Part shown: positions 25,992 to 36,226 of the stretch, piece by piece
Layout of the letters: each line of letters begins with the position of its first letter
Numbering within the stretch: position 1 is the stretch's first letter
Source: Candidatus Woesearchaeota archaeon
GTDB lineage: Archaea > Nanobdellota > Nanobdellia > SCGC-AAA011-G17 > GW2011-AR20
Reading direction: 5' to 3'
NCBI GenBank assembly: GCA_964359725.1
Contig: CAYHTT010000002.1
Span: 1 to 49,213 of the forward strand
Length of the DNA: 49,213 bases
Notes under the pieces: model-generated
What the model saw: only the letters and a program-made list of their open reading frames with translations
Database searches by the model: none
Told to the model about the DNA's origin: nothing
Position numbers and translations under genes: made by a program

Positions 25992-27416
25992 ATGAGAAAA
26001 GAGGTGATTTTTCTAATATTTTTATTTATTATTCCTTTAGTCAATGCTCAGCAAGAAATAACAATTTTTGGTACTAGTTATTCAATAATTTTAGTAGCTC
26101 CTTTATTCTTTATGGCTTTAGTTGCATTGTTCTTTTTTGGTTTAATAATCAAAGATAATTTACCAAAAATAATGCATTTTAAATTAAAAACTTCAGGAAT
26201 AATGCTCAAACATAAAAAACATGAAGTTAAAATAGAACCAGAAAAAGAGATTAATTTTCATTCTAAGCTACATTCTTTAAAAATTAAACTATATAAATTG
26301 GGGGAAGAACCTAGTTTTGATGAATTTAATGCATTATTTAAAGAATTTATCAAAACAAGATTTAATATTAAACAAGAATTTACTTTCCCTGAAATAGCTA
26401 ATTTAATAAAAGATGTTAAAATAATTAGTTTGGCTGATAAGATTAGTAAATTAAAGTACGGTGGTGTGAAAATAGATTATAATGATATAAATGAGTTATT
26501 AAATAGTTTTACAGATATCTTAGCACATTATAGAATCAAACATGAACTGATTAAATTAAGTACTTTTGAGAAATTAAGATTAAATATTGCTAAATTATTC
26601 AAAAAAGAAATTGAGGTAAAACCAGTAAAGATTAAAGCTAAATTAGAATTACCAAAAGCCCCTACTAAAGTATTGTTTAAGCCAGTATTAGAAGAGAAAA
26701 AACCATTATCATTCTTGTTAAGAAAAATAAATTACAAATTGTTTGCTAGCATTAGGAAAAGGCATATTTTGAATCTAATAAAACATGGTAGAAATATTTT
26801 AATTAAAAATCCTAATCTAGCTAAAAGATTATATGCAAGAGCATTATTAAACTATTATAAATTACCATTAAAATTTGAAAAAGATATTGCTAATGAATTA
26901 ATTGGTTTTAATGATGAATTATTAAAATATAGAGTTCATGAAAAGGCTTTCTTAGATGTTTCAAGTAGCTTACTTAGATTAAAGCATCAAGGCAAACATG
27001 TTTCTGAGAAAGGTATTGGTTTAGTTAATATTATGAAAAATTTTATTAAAAAAGAAGAATTATTAAGTGCTGTAAAATTAAAGGAATTCTCTAAGAAATT
27101 AGGTCATGCTGAACGAGCATTAAAATATTATGCCCCAAAGAAAGTTGAAGTTAAACCAGAAATAAAGCACATAGAATTTGAAAAACCAGAAGTTAAATTT
27201 GAACATTTTGATAAAGAGAGGTTTAAATTTTTATTAAGACATCCTGGATTACATAAAGAAAAGCATGAAATCATTAAACCAGTTAAAAGACTTACTAAAA
27301 ATCTAAGATTATTACAAAAAGAGAAAAGTCATATTTACAATAAACTTGTTAATTTAGAGAATATTCATTCGCATCATAAATTAGAACATAAATTCCATAA
27401 ATTAAAAGCAGAATAA
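25992..27416 (+). CDS. hypothetical membrane protein, Lys/His-rich
   Basis: Signal-like N-terminus (FLIFLFIIPLVNAQQ), one further TM, then a ~400-aa basic region. Convergent with the vWA gene; the two ORFs abut (27416/27417). Confidence 0.5.
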   Translation: MRKEVIFLIFLFIIPLVNAQQEITIFGTSYSIILVAPLFFMALVALFFFGLIIKDNLPKIMHFKLKTSGIMLKHKKHEVKIEPEKEINFHSKLHSLKIKLYKLGEEPSFDEFNALFKEFIKTRFNIKQEFTFPEIANLIKDVKIISLADKISKLKYGGVKIDYNDINELLNSFTDILAHYRIKHELIKLSTFEKLRLNIAKLFKKEIEVKPVKIKAKLELPKAPTKVLFKPVLEEKKPLSFLLRKINYKLFASIRKRHILNLIKHGRNILIKNPNLAKRLYARALLNYYKLPLKFEKDIANELIGFNDELLKYRVHEKAFLDVSSSLLRLKHQGKHVSEKGIGLVNIMKNFIKKEELLSAVKLKEFSKKLGHAERALKYYAPKKVEVKPEIKHIEFEKPEVKFEHFDKERFKFLLRHPGLHKEKHEIIKPVKRLTKNLRLLQKEKSHIYNKLVNLENIHSHHKLEHKFHKLKAE

Positions 27417-28352
27417 TTAAGGTATTGTTCTATATTTTGTATTAAACATTACCCACTCACCTATTAATAAAATTAAAGCTATCAACATAAATGGTAAAGT
27501 TAAATTTCTACCTATCCTTGATTCAGTTACAGATGCTATTTTCTGATAAGCTTGTTTTAATGATTCTTTATCTGCAGCTTTAAAATAAGCTCCTTCTGTA
27601 CTTAATGAAATTATCTTTAATGTTTCTTCGTCTAGCTTAAGTACAATATCTGTTTCTGGTAATACTCCCCCTTCTTCTGTACCAATACCAATTGTATAAA
27701 TACTTGTTAGTTTTAAATTAGCATATTCAATTGCATCTTCTATATTACTTCCAGTATTACTTTGACCATCTGTAAGTAAGATAACTGCTCTTGAACGATT
27801 ACTTTGTAATAATAAATTTGTACTTGTTATAATAGCATCACCTAATGCTGTACCTCCAGTTGTAGCTGTTTTAATATCATTTAAAACTTGTTTTGCTAAT
27901 AAAAAATCCTCTGTTAAAGCTTGGTTAACATTAACTGTACTTGAGAAACTAGTTACAGCTATTTTATTTGTATGCGAGATAGTATCAATAAAAAGTTTAG
28001 CAGCTTCTTTTGCAGATTCTAATCTATTTGGAGCAAAATCATCAGCTAGCATACTATTACTTGCATCTATAGCTAATACAAAATCAAAATTACTTGCTTG
28101 TCCTGTGTACCAATATGTTGTTCCAGCGAGAGCAAAAGCTAATAAAATTAATATTAATACTCTAACAAAAAGTAAAGATAAATTTTTTGATAAAACTTCG
28201 CCCCCAGTAATTCTTTCGATAGCTTCAAAATTAGCAAACCTCATTGCTCTTCTTTTTGTGCTTTTTAATGCAAGAAAATGTATAATTATTATTATAGGTA
28301 TAACAAATAAAAGCCATAAATACTCTGGACTTGCAAATGTTACTTCTGCCAT
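27417..28352 (-). CDS. vWA-domain membrane protein (BatA-like)
   Basis: N- and C-terminal TMs flank a vWA domain with the MIDAS motif DASNSM. Confidence 0.8.
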   Translation of the reverse strand: MAEVTFASPEYLWLLFVIPIIIIIHFLALKSTKRRAMRFANFEAIERITGGEVLSKNLSLLFVRVLILILLAFALAGTTYWYTGQASNFDFVLAIDASNSMLADDFAPNRLESAKEAAKLFIDTISHTNKIAVTSFSSTVNVNQALTEDFLLAKQVLNDIKTATTGGTALGDAIITSTNLLLQSNRSRAVILLTDGQSNTGSNIEDAIEYANLKLTSIYTIGIGTEEGGVLPETDIVLKLDEETLKIISLSTEGAYFKAADKESLKQAYQKIASVTESRIGRNLTLPFMLIALILLIGEWVMFNTKYRTIP

Positions 28353-28353
28353 A

Positions 28354-29250
28354 TTACTTCCATCTTAAAGCTCTTTCTCTAAATAATGTTAATACTGGTT
28401 GAACAAATGATTTATCTGTAGAAATATCAATAAAATCAGCCACATTTTTATGAAAAATATGCTCAATTTCAAGTTCTTGTTCTCTAATCATTTTTTCATA
28501 AGCTGGTTTAATAATAGCTGGATCAACCAATAAAGTTTTATTAGAATGAGGATCTGCTATAACAATTTCTCCAGCATCTTCTGGCAATGTTCTATCTCTT
28601 GGATCTCTAGTCATTATTCCAATAACATCAAACTTCTTAGTAAGCAATTTTAAGCTATATTCCCAATCTTTATCAAGATAAATAAAATCTGAGACAATAA
28701 TTAAAACAGTTGATTCCTTTAAATAATGTAAAGCAAATTCTGTAGCAACTTTAAACATAAATCTACCGCCATAATTATCGGGGTTAACCAGTAATCTTGT
28801 AATATTATAAATTTGTTGTCTGCCTTTTTCAGGATAAATTTTTGTAATTACTTTATTACTTATTAAAGCAATACCAACATTATCCCCTACTTCTAAAATA
28901 GCATTAGCCATTGCACTTACTAATTCAATAGCATATTCAATTTTTAATTTTTCAATAGAACCAAATAACATACTTGCGCTTGAGTCAAGAATAAAAAAAA
29001 CATTAATATCGCGCTCTTCAACATATTCTTTAATTAAAATTTCTCCTGTTCTAATACTTGCTTTCCAATCTATTAACGAAGCATCATCATCTTGTGAATA
29101 TGGACGATAGCCTGCAAACTCTAAGCCCTTACCTTTGAATACACTTCTATAAGCACCAAGTGCTCGAGTAGTAACTAATGTTTTTGATAAGGCCTGTAAT
29201 TTTCTTAATGCAGGTGTAATTTCTAATTTGAATAATAATTTTTTTGCCAT
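28354..29250 (-). CDS. DUF58-family protein (vWA-like)
   Basis: ILDSSASM motif, a length typical of DUF58, and the standard position between MoxR and BatA-like genes. Confidence 0.72.
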   Translation of the reverse strand: MAKKLLFKLEITPALRKLQALSKTLVTTRALGAYRSVFKGKGLEFAGYRPYSQDDDASLIDWKASIRTGEILIKEYVEERDINVFFILDSSASMLFGSIEKLKIEYAIELVSAMANAILEVGDNVGIALISNKVITKIYPEKGRQQIYNITRLLVNPDNYGGRFMFKVATEFALHYLKESTVLIIVSDFIYLDKDWEYSLKLLTKKFDVIGIMTRDPRDRTLPEDAGEIVIADPHSNKTLLVDPAIIKPAYEKMIREQELEIEHIFHKNVADFIDISTDKSFVQPVLTLFRERALRWK

Positions 29251-29251
29251 T

Positions 29252-30235
29252 TTAAGGCATTGCTACTTTTTCTAGAACTTCTTTTATTATATCATCTGTA
29301 TTAATATTTTCAGCCTGTCCTTCATAATTTAATAATATTCTATGGCGCATAACATCATGTGCTACTTTTTTAACATAAGTTGGCAATACATAATTATTTC
29401 CTTGAATTAATGCTTCTGCTTTTGCTCCAATAAATAATCCAATTGAAGCACGGGGACTACAACCCCAATCAATATAATGTCCTAGCTTAATTTTATATTT
29501 TTCAGGATTTCTTGTAGCATCAACTAATTTAACAATATAATGTTCTATGTCCTTACTAATAAATATTTTTTTAACAAAATCCTGCATATTAACTATTTCA
29601 TTAGGATTAGTTATTTTATTTAAAGAATATTCTTCAAATCTTCTTAATGTAATATTTGTTGTAAGAATTTTATCTTCTTCTTCTATCTTAGGGTAAGTTA
29701 TTTTTACTTTAAATAAAAATCTATCAATCTGAGCTTCTGGTAATTGGTATACACCAGAACTTTCAATTGGATTTTGAGTTGCCATTACAAAAAATGGGTC
29801 TGGTAATCTAAAAGTCTGTGTGCCAATAGTAACTTGGCGTTCTTGCATCGCCTCTAATAAAGCAGATTGAGTCTTAGGAGGACTTCTATTAATTTCATCT
29901 GCAATTATATAATTAGAAAAAACAGGCCCTTTTACTATTGTAAATTGATCTTTTTCTTTTATGTAAGTTGTTAATCCTAATATATCTGTTGGAAGTAAGT
30001 CAGCTGTAAATTGGATTCTTGAATATTGACAACCAGTTACTCTTGCTAATGTTCTCACAATTAAGGTTTTGGCTATACCAGGGATACCTTCTACTAAAAC
30101 ATGACCATTACTTAAAATTGCCCTTAGCAAGCCATTTATAATATCTTGTTGTCCTACAATTATTTTAGAACATTCATGCTTTATTTGAGTAAGTCTATGT
30201 TGAAACTTCTTTACTTGCTCTGTACTTGGTTTCAT
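29252..30235 (-). CDS. MoxR-family AAA+ ATPase
   Basis: Walker A GIPGIAKT, Walker B IIADEINR, and ATQNP...PEAQ(I)DRF typical of MoxR. Confidence 0.9.
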   Translation of the reverse strand: MKPSTEQVKKFQHRLTQIKHECSKIIVGQQDIINGLLRAILSNGHVLVEGIPGIAKTLIVRTLARVTGCQYSRIQFTADLLPTDILGLTTYIKEKDQFTIVKGPVFSNYIIADEINRSPPKTQSALLEAMQERQVTIGTQTFRLPDPFFVMATQNPIESSGVYQLPEAQIDRFLFKVKITYPKIEEEDKILTTNITLRRFEEYSLNKITNPNEIVNMQDFVKKIFISKDIEHYIVKLVDATRNPEKYKIKLGHYIDWGCSPRASIGLFIGAKAEALIQGNNYVLPTYVKKVAHDVMRHRILLNYEGQAENINTDDIIKEVLEKVAMP

Positions 30236-30296
30236 TATTAATTAAGTTCTAAGTATATTATATATAGTTTATGTATCACTTTAAAATGATAATTAA

Positions 30297-30620
30297 CTAA
30301 GCTTTAATTTTATCAATATTTGCTGCTAGAATAAAATCATTTATACTTAATCCATTTACTGAATGAGTCCAGATTTCAATATTACATTTACCATAAGTAA
30401 AATATATATTTGGATGATGTCCTTTTCTTTCTGCTACCTTACCAATTTTATTAACAAACTTTAAAGTTTCTTTAAAGTTATTAAATTTAAATTCTTTATA
30501 CAAATGTTTATTTTTTAATTTCCAATTTTTAACTTGTTTAAGATATTTTTTTATTAAAGAATAAGACATTGGTGGCATTCCGCCTTCACATGTTATACAC
30601 TTCTTTTTACTTAGATCCAT
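30297..30620 (-). CDS. pterin-4-alpha-carbinolamine dehydratase (PCD/DCoH)
   Basis: ERKGHHPNIYFTYGKCNIEIWTHSVNGLSINDF matches the His-His-Pro core of PCD. Confidence 0.82.
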   Translation of the reverse strand: MDLSKKKCITCEGGMPPMSYSLIKKYLKQVKNWKLKNKHLYKEFKFNNFKETLKFVNKIGKVAERKGHHPNIYFTYGKCNIEIWTHSVNGLSINDFILAANIDKIKA

Positions 30621-30691
30621 AAAATTATTATAATAAAGGGGTATTTAAAATTAATCTCAATCTTTATAAGCTACATAAAATTAATAATCCA

Positions 30692-31192
30692 ATGGATATT
30701 AAACAAAAATTACTTGCATTAGCTATAGCGATTGTACTAGTTATGTTTATTGCTGTAGGTATAGATACTTTTTATAAAGCTCCATTAAATCCTTGTGATA
30801 AAATTTATGAGGCTAGACCAAAAGTTTTTATCTCAAATTGTGAATTATTACAAGAGCCAAATAAAACTGAATGTTTTAGAGAACAACAATTATTTTATGA
30901 TAATCAAAGTTTAGAAGCACAAAAATGCTATAATGAATTCCGACCAGTAGAGAATTTATATAAAAGAAATGTGTTTATTATATTAGCTATTATCGGGGTA
31001 TTAACAATAGTTTTAGGATTATTTTTAAAACAAGTTCCAGCTGTTTATCTTGGATTAATGTTAGGTGGATTGATAAATATTATAGAAGGTGTAGTACGTT
31101 ATTGGGCAAATATGAATGAATATTTAAGATTTGTAATTCTAGGAATATTATTAGCAATATTAATATGGATAAGTTATAAGAAGTTAAGATAG
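30692..31192 (+). CDS. hypothetical membrane protein
   Basis: 166-aa ORF with an N-terminal TM, a Cys-containing extracytoplasmic segment and three C-terminal TMs. Confidence 0.5.
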   Translation: MDIKQKLLALAIAIVLVMFIAVGIDTFYKAPLNPCDKIYEARPKVFISNCELLQEPNKTECFREQQLFYDNQSLEAQKCYNEFRPVENLYKRNVFIILAIIGVLTIVLGLFLKQVPAVYLGLMLGGLINIIEGVVRYWANMNEYLRFVILGILLAILIWISYKKLR

Positions 31193-31264
31193 TGAATTTT
31201 TGGGGGGAAGTTTATGGGATTATTAACCATTAACTTTTTATAGTTATCTAACATTGTTTATTTT

Positions 31265-31729
31265 ATGGGTTTATTAAAATCAATTAAGAGGCATGCAGGC
31301 AAAATTGCAGTAGTTGGTGGACTTGCAGCAATGCTCGGTACTTTTGTATTAACTTCAAAAAATGATGAGTATTATAATACACCTAGATCTGAATTGGGAT
31401 TTGAATATTTAAATAATAACAAAATTCCAGATGCTGTAAAAATAGAGTATATTCCTAATTCTAGTTCTGAAAATAGATTAATAAATATTTACTTATCATT
31501 AGATGGGAAAGACTCAACAAAACTTGGAGAAATTAAAGGCTACAAACTTGCTTATGTTAGTGTTAGAGATGAAAGTAAGGATGGTAAAAATGATATTGTA
31601 ATCGGGGTTTATGAGAATAAAGCATTCGCGTCTTTTATTATTCCACCGCATTATAGATTTATATTTAAGGGAAATGGGGATGGTACTTTTAAATCTCCAG
31701 AAAGAGTGCGCATGCCATTAAACATATAA
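31265..31729 (+). CDS. hypothetical membrane-anchored protein with FG-GAP-like motifs
   Basis: N-terminal TM. DGKNDIVIGV and GNGDGTF resemble FG-GAP/VCBS Ca-binding turns. Confidence 0.45.
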   Translation: MGLLKSIKRHAGKIAVVGGLAAMLGTFVLTSKNDEYYNTPRSELGFEYLNNNKIPDAVKIEYIPNSSSENRLINIYLSLDGKDSTKLGEIKGYKLAYVSVRDESKDGKNDIVIGVYENKAFASFIIPPHYRFIFKGNGDGTFKSPERVRMPLNI

Positions 31730-31787
31730 CTAAACTACCAAATTAATTCTTATTGAACCGTAAAATATTTTATACACCCACAAAAAT

Positions 31788-32489
31788 TTAACCAAAATAA
31801 GTTAGTTCTTTTTTCTCTTTTTGTTCTTGAGCTTTAGTTTGTTGTTCCATTAATGATTTAAGTTTAGCTTCAAATTGCTCTGCCTTAGCTAATAATGGTT
31901 TGTAGTCAACTTTTAAATTTAGATATTTATCTAATACCTCAATTAATTTAGCAGCAGCTCTTGAATCAGGTAAATTAGAATGAGTTTCAGCAAATAATCC
32001 TACTACTGGCACAGCAGATTTTAATAACAAAGCTCCTGTAACCCCCATTATTATGCCTTCTTTAAGTGGCTCGAGTTTAATTTTTTTAATCTTAGTTTCG
32101 ATATTAGAATTATTAGTAAAGTAAAAAGCTCTTTCTTGTTCAGAAGGAGAAGCTACACCTTCTAAAGTTATTATCTGTTTAGCTTTAAGTTCTTTTGCTA
32201 AATTTGTTAACATTGCAGAGATTTCCCATTCTAATCCAGCAACATTTGTTATTGCATGAAATATAATAATATTATTCTTTTTATCATAAAATATTCCAAG
32301 TGGTTCAACTAATTCAGAATTATGCACAGCTACCATTGGTACTAGTTTATCACTTTCTAATCTGCCAATTAATTTAGCATTTAAATGTTCTATTAAAAAT
32401 TCTGTTGTTATCGTGCTTACAAATCCGAATCCAGGAAAACCTTCTATTATTATTGGATTTCTGGGCTTCTCTTCTAGAATTAATTCCAT
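31788..32489 (-). CDS. PAC2-family proteasome assembly chaperone-like protein
   Basis: PIIIEGFPGFGFVSTITTEFLIEHL is the characteristic PAC2 (COG1938) N-terminus. The start is taken at MELILEE (32489). Confidence 0.6.
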   Translation of the reverse strand: MELILEEKPRNPIIIEGFPGFGFVSTITTEFLIEHLNAKLIGRLESDKLVPMVAVHNSELVEPLGIFYDKKNNIIIFHAITNVAGLEWEISAMLTNLAKELKAKQIITLEGVASPSEQERAFYFTNNSNIETKIKKIKLEPLKEGIIMGVTGALLLKSAVPVVGLFAETHSNLPDSRAAAKLIEVLDKYLNLKVDYKPLLAKAEQFEAKLKSLMEQQTKAQEQKEKKELTYFG

Positions 32490-32556
32490 AAAGTTAGTAA
32501 TCTTAAATAGTTTATAAGTTTTATGTTTTGTTAATAGTAATATTTTAAAATTTATT

Positions 32557-33750
32557 TTAATTGGTTTTAATCTCAATAACATCTAAATTCCTTAATATAT
32601 GATCTTTTCCAATGACTTGTTTATTTTTTATGTTTATAGCTTTAACAAAATTCTTTCCAATATCTGTATGAACTTGGTAAGCTAAGTCAATTGCTTTACT
32701 ATTTGGGGACATTAAAAAACAATCTGGCAATATATTACCAGAACTATCTGTTAAATGAGCATTCTCAACCGGAAATACTGCTATATATTTAAGTAAATTG
32801 AAAACAGCGTAATTCAAAACATCTTGTACACCTGTAGTACCATATTTTTCTAAAACATCTTCTTTGATAAAATGTAATGCTCTTAATTGATTTAATGTTA
32901 GTTTATCTTCGTCTATTATAGCAAAGTTATCTTCTCCTGGAACATAATTAATAAGTTTATGTTTTGCAGCTTCTCTTAATGCAACCTCGCTTTCAGCAGA
33001 ACAAGGAATTATTATATAATCTGGAAATTCTTGTCTTAACTTATCTAAGTACATCTTGCTTCCTTGAACATCTATTTTATTAGCTGCAATTATCATTGGT
33101 TTAGTTATTTTTCTTAATTCTCTTGCAAGATTCATTAAATCTTCTTCACTCCAATCTTTTGGGTCATGTAATAATTTTAATTTTTTAATTACTTGTTCAA
33201 TAATTTCCTCTGTAATTTTTAATCCAGATAATTGCTTAGCGAGAGCTTTTTTAATGTTTAAATTTTCTTGTTTAATTTGTTTAGTAAATTTATCCCAGCC
33301 TTTCTTTAATATACCAAGATACCAAAAATCTAATTCATTTTCGAGAAATTTAACATCTTCTAAAGGATTATGACTTAAAGCTGGCACAGGATTACCACGT
33401 TCATCTGTGCTTCCAGAAATATCTATAATATGAATTAAAACATCTGCTTCTCTAATATCATTTAAAAACTCTAATCCAAGACCTTCTCCTAAATGAGACC
33501 CTTCAATTAAACCTGGAACATCCATTAGTTTTACTGGAATAAATCTATTATTATTAACACAATAACCATATTTTGGATTACATTTAATATTAAATTCTTT
33601 ATCCACACATTGAATTTTAACAAAAGCCACTCCTTCTTGAGATTTAATTGTTGTAAATGGATGTGGGGCTATTTCTACTTCTGCTAAAGTTGCTGCTTTG
33701 AAAAATGTTGATTTACCTGCGCTTGGTTTTGCTACTACTGCGATTAACAT
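32557..33750 (-). CDS. Obg-family GTPase/ATPase (YchF/OLA1-related, archaeal Ygr210-like) with C-terminal TGS domain
   Basis: G1 KPSAGKSTFF, G3 DVPGL, G4 ANKID, and a TGS-like C-terminal end. Confidence 0.82.
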   Translation of the reverse strand: MLIAVVAKPSAGKSTFFKAATLAEVEIAPHPFTTIKSQEGVAFVKIQCVDKEFNIKCNPKYGYCVNNNRFIPVKLMDVPGLIEGSHLGEGLGLEFLNDIREADVLIHIIDISGSTDERGNPVPALSHNPLEDVKFLENELDFWYLGILKKGWDKFTKQIKQENLNIKKALAKQLSGLKITEEIIEQVIKKLKLLHDPKDWSEEDLMNLARELRKITKPMIIAANKIDVQGSKMYLDKLRQEFPDYIIIPCSAESEVALREAAKHKLINYVPGEDNFAIIDEDKLTLNQLRALHFIKEDVLEKYGTTGVQDVLNYAVFNLLKYIAVFPVENAHLTDSSGNILPDCFLMSPNSKAIDLAYQVHTDIGKNFVKAINIKNKQVIGKDHILRNLDVIEIKTN

Positions 33751-33759
33751 AATATTAAA

Positions 33760-34017
33760 TCAAGAAGTAAGTTTAAATGTTTTACTAATGCTTTTCTTTT
33801 TTATTACCATTATTATTAAAGTTATTAAAATAACTCCTAAAATAGTTAAAAACGTATTTAAGGTATTAATCTTCATTCCTATTAAATTTAAGTAAAATAC
33901 AATTAAAGGAACTATTGCTATTAGATAATGCAAAGTAGAAACTTTTATAATATTTATAATAATCATATTTCTAATGTTTAAAAAAGATAAAACATTAATT
34001 TTTATTATTATACTCAC
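33760..34017 (-). CDS. possible small two-TM membrane protein
   Basis: 85-aa hydrophobic ORF in the 310-bp gap between argS and the GTPase gene, on the same strand. In an AT-rich region it could be a chance ORF. Confidence 0.3.
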   Translation of the reverse strand: MSIIIKINVLSFLNIRNMIIINIIKVSTLHYLIAIVPLIVFYLNLIGMKINTLNTFLTILGVILITLIIMVIKKKSISKTFKLTS

Positions 34018-34060
34018 AATAATCGGATCTTATTTCTATTTAAGAAAACCAAGAGTTTAA

Positions 34061-35731
34061 CTACATCTTAAGAGGAGCTTCTATTCCAAGTAAATTCAAA
34101 GCTGTTTTAATAACATAAGTAAAAGCTAAAACTAAAGCTAATCTTGCATTTCTTAAATCTTTATTTTCTTTAAGAACAGGACAATTATGATAAAATTCGT
34201 TAAATTTTTGTGCTAAATCATAAGCATAATTTGCAATATAATTTGGCTTTAGATCACGAGCAGTTTTATTAACAACATTAGGAAAATCGGCTAACATTTT
34301 AATTAAAGTAATTTCTTCTTTTTTATTTATCAAAGTAGGATTAATTTTTTTAGTTAATTTAGCTTTTCTTAATATTGAATTAGCTCTCGCATAACTATAT
34401 TGTATGTAAGGAGCGGAGTCACCTTCAAAACTTAAAGCTTGCTCTGGATTAAATATAACATTTTTTTCAGGAGAAATTTTTATGATGCTATATTTTAAAG
34501 CACCATAACCAATTACCTTAGCTAATTTATTATCTTTATTTTTTCTCTTTTCGAGTTCATCTTGAGCTTTTTTTGTAATTTCTTCCATAAAATTAGAAAG
34601 TAAAACAACATTACCTGCTCTTGTACTCATTTTACCCTCATTCAATAAAACAAAACTATAATGAACAATTTCAGGAGCTTTATGACTAAGTAAGTTTAAT
34701 GCAGCTCTAAATTGTGCATAATAAAGTTTTTGGTCCTCTCCTAAAACAATAATATTACGATCTTTTGCATGTTTAATTTTATAAATTGTATAAGCTAAAT
34801 CCCTTAATCCATACAATGAAGTTCCATCTGACCTAGTTAAAACAAAAAAACTAGAATCTTGTGGTAAATTAAATCCTCGCAAATCTAAAACTTGTCTATT
34901 TTGTTCATCTGTAAATAGTTTATTAGTTTTTGCTAATTCTTTTAATATTTTATTACAGTCTTTATTAAATAAATAATCTGATTCATAATCAAAATAATTA
35001 TAATTAATACCAATTTCTTTTAAAATAGATGATTGACCTTTTACACATATGCCAACAATATCATTAAATTGTTTTCTTACTTTTCTATTACCATGCTCTA
35101 ATTTATTAAGTAACTCAAAAACTTTTTTCTCAAGTTCAGGATTTTTTTCTATGTCTTTATTAATTTGTATATAAAGCTTTATTAAATCTTTAAATTTTCT
35201 TTTTTTATTTTTTGCAGCTAATACCAGCATAGCTATCTGCTTTCCAATGTCATTAACATAATAATGAACTTCTACTTTATAACCTAAGAATTTTAACAAC
35301 CTTACTAAAGAATCTCCTATTAAAGCATTTCTTACACGTCCTAAATGAGGCTCTGCATTTGGATTTATACTTGTATGTTCAATTAAAGCTTTTTTATTTT
35401 TGCCAATTAAACTAGTACCAAAATTATATTTTCTTTTCAAAATTTCTTTTAATAAAATTTCATTAAGTTTAGCTTGATTTATAAAGAAATTAATGTAAGC
35501 TCCTTTACATTCTACTTTACTAATATAAGAATCAGGATGAAAATATCTTACTAGGTTATTAGCAATATCTTTTGGAGATTTCTTTTCTTTACTTGCTATT
35601 AAAAAACATGGAAAAGAATAATCACCAAAACTCGGGTTAGGTGGTGTTTCTAATACTGTATAAATTTCATTTTCTGGTAAGTTAGTTATTTTTCTTATTA
35701 ATGTAGTAATATGCTGTTTAAAAACATCCAT
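34061..35731 (-). CDS. argS: arginyl-tRNA synthetase
   Basis: Class I motifs SINPNAEPHLGRVRN (HIGH region) and KMSTR, plus a C-terminal anticodon-binding (DALR) region. The start is taken at MDVFKQH (35731). Confidence 0.9.
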   Translation of the reverse strand: MDVFKQHITTLIRKITNLPENEIYTVLETPPNPSFGDYSFPCFLIASKEKKSPKDIANNLVRYFHPDSYISKVECKGAYINFFINQAKLNEILLKEILKRKYNFGTSLIGKNKKALIEHTSINPNAEPHLGRVRNALIGDSLVRLLKFLGYKVEVHYYVNDIGKQIAMLVLAAKNKKRKFKDLIKLYIQINKDIEKNPELEKKVFELLNKLEHGNRKVRKQFNDIVGICVKGQSSILKEIGINYNYFDYESDYLFNKDCNKILKELAKTNKLFTDEQNRQVLDLRGFNLPQDSSFFVLTRSDGTSLYGLRDLAYTIYKIKHAKDRNIIVLGEDQKLYYAQFRAALNLLSHKAPEIVHYSFVLLNEGKMSTRAGNVVLLSNFMEEITKKAQDELEKRKNKDNKLAKVIGYGALKYSIIKISPEKNVIFNPEQALSFEGDSAPYIQYSYARANSILRKAKLTKKINPTLINKKEEITLIKMLADFPNVVNKTARDLKPNYIANYAYDLAQKFNEFYHNCPVLKENKDLRNARLALVLAFTYVIKTALNLLGIEAPLKM

Positions 35732-35765
35732 AATTATAAGAATTAAAAGCATTATATAAATTTAT

Positions 35766-36155
35766 TTATGTTAAGAAAATTTCATAAAGTACCCAAAGTA
35801 ATAAAATAAACCAGATTAATGTATATAACCATACCCATGCGCTGAGTTTCTTGTTATAAGCCTTTTGAAGCACTGAAATTAATTCTTTTGAATTTGCTAA
35901 AAAACCAAGTCCAATTAGCATACTGGATAATGCCACTACTGCAAAAATCTGCACAATACTTAATTCTTGTAACAAATAATAAAATATTATAAATGCGAGT
36001 ACTATAAATATAACTGTGGTTAAAGCACCACCACTATATACTGGCTTTACAACATTATTATACCATGCTTTTTTATTTATTACAATAACAATTATCTTAA
36101 GAAGAGCAAGTAAAACAAATATTAATGCAATAATCTCAATAGGTGTTAAAGCCAT
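35766..36155 (-). CDS. hypothetical membrane protein (4 TM)
   Basis: 129-aa hydrophobic ORF. Confidence 0.5.
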   Translation of the reverse strand: MALTPIEIIALIFVLLALLKIIVIVINKKAWYNNVVKPVYSGGALTTVIFIVLAFIIFYYLLQELSIVQIFAVVALSSMLIGLGFLANSKELISVLQKAYNKKLSAWVWLYTLIWFILLLWVLYEIFLT

Positions 36156-36226
36156 ATATTAATTATAATATGCTGATATATAAATTTATTGAAAAGATTT
36201 TTATATTAACATAAATTTAAAATTAT

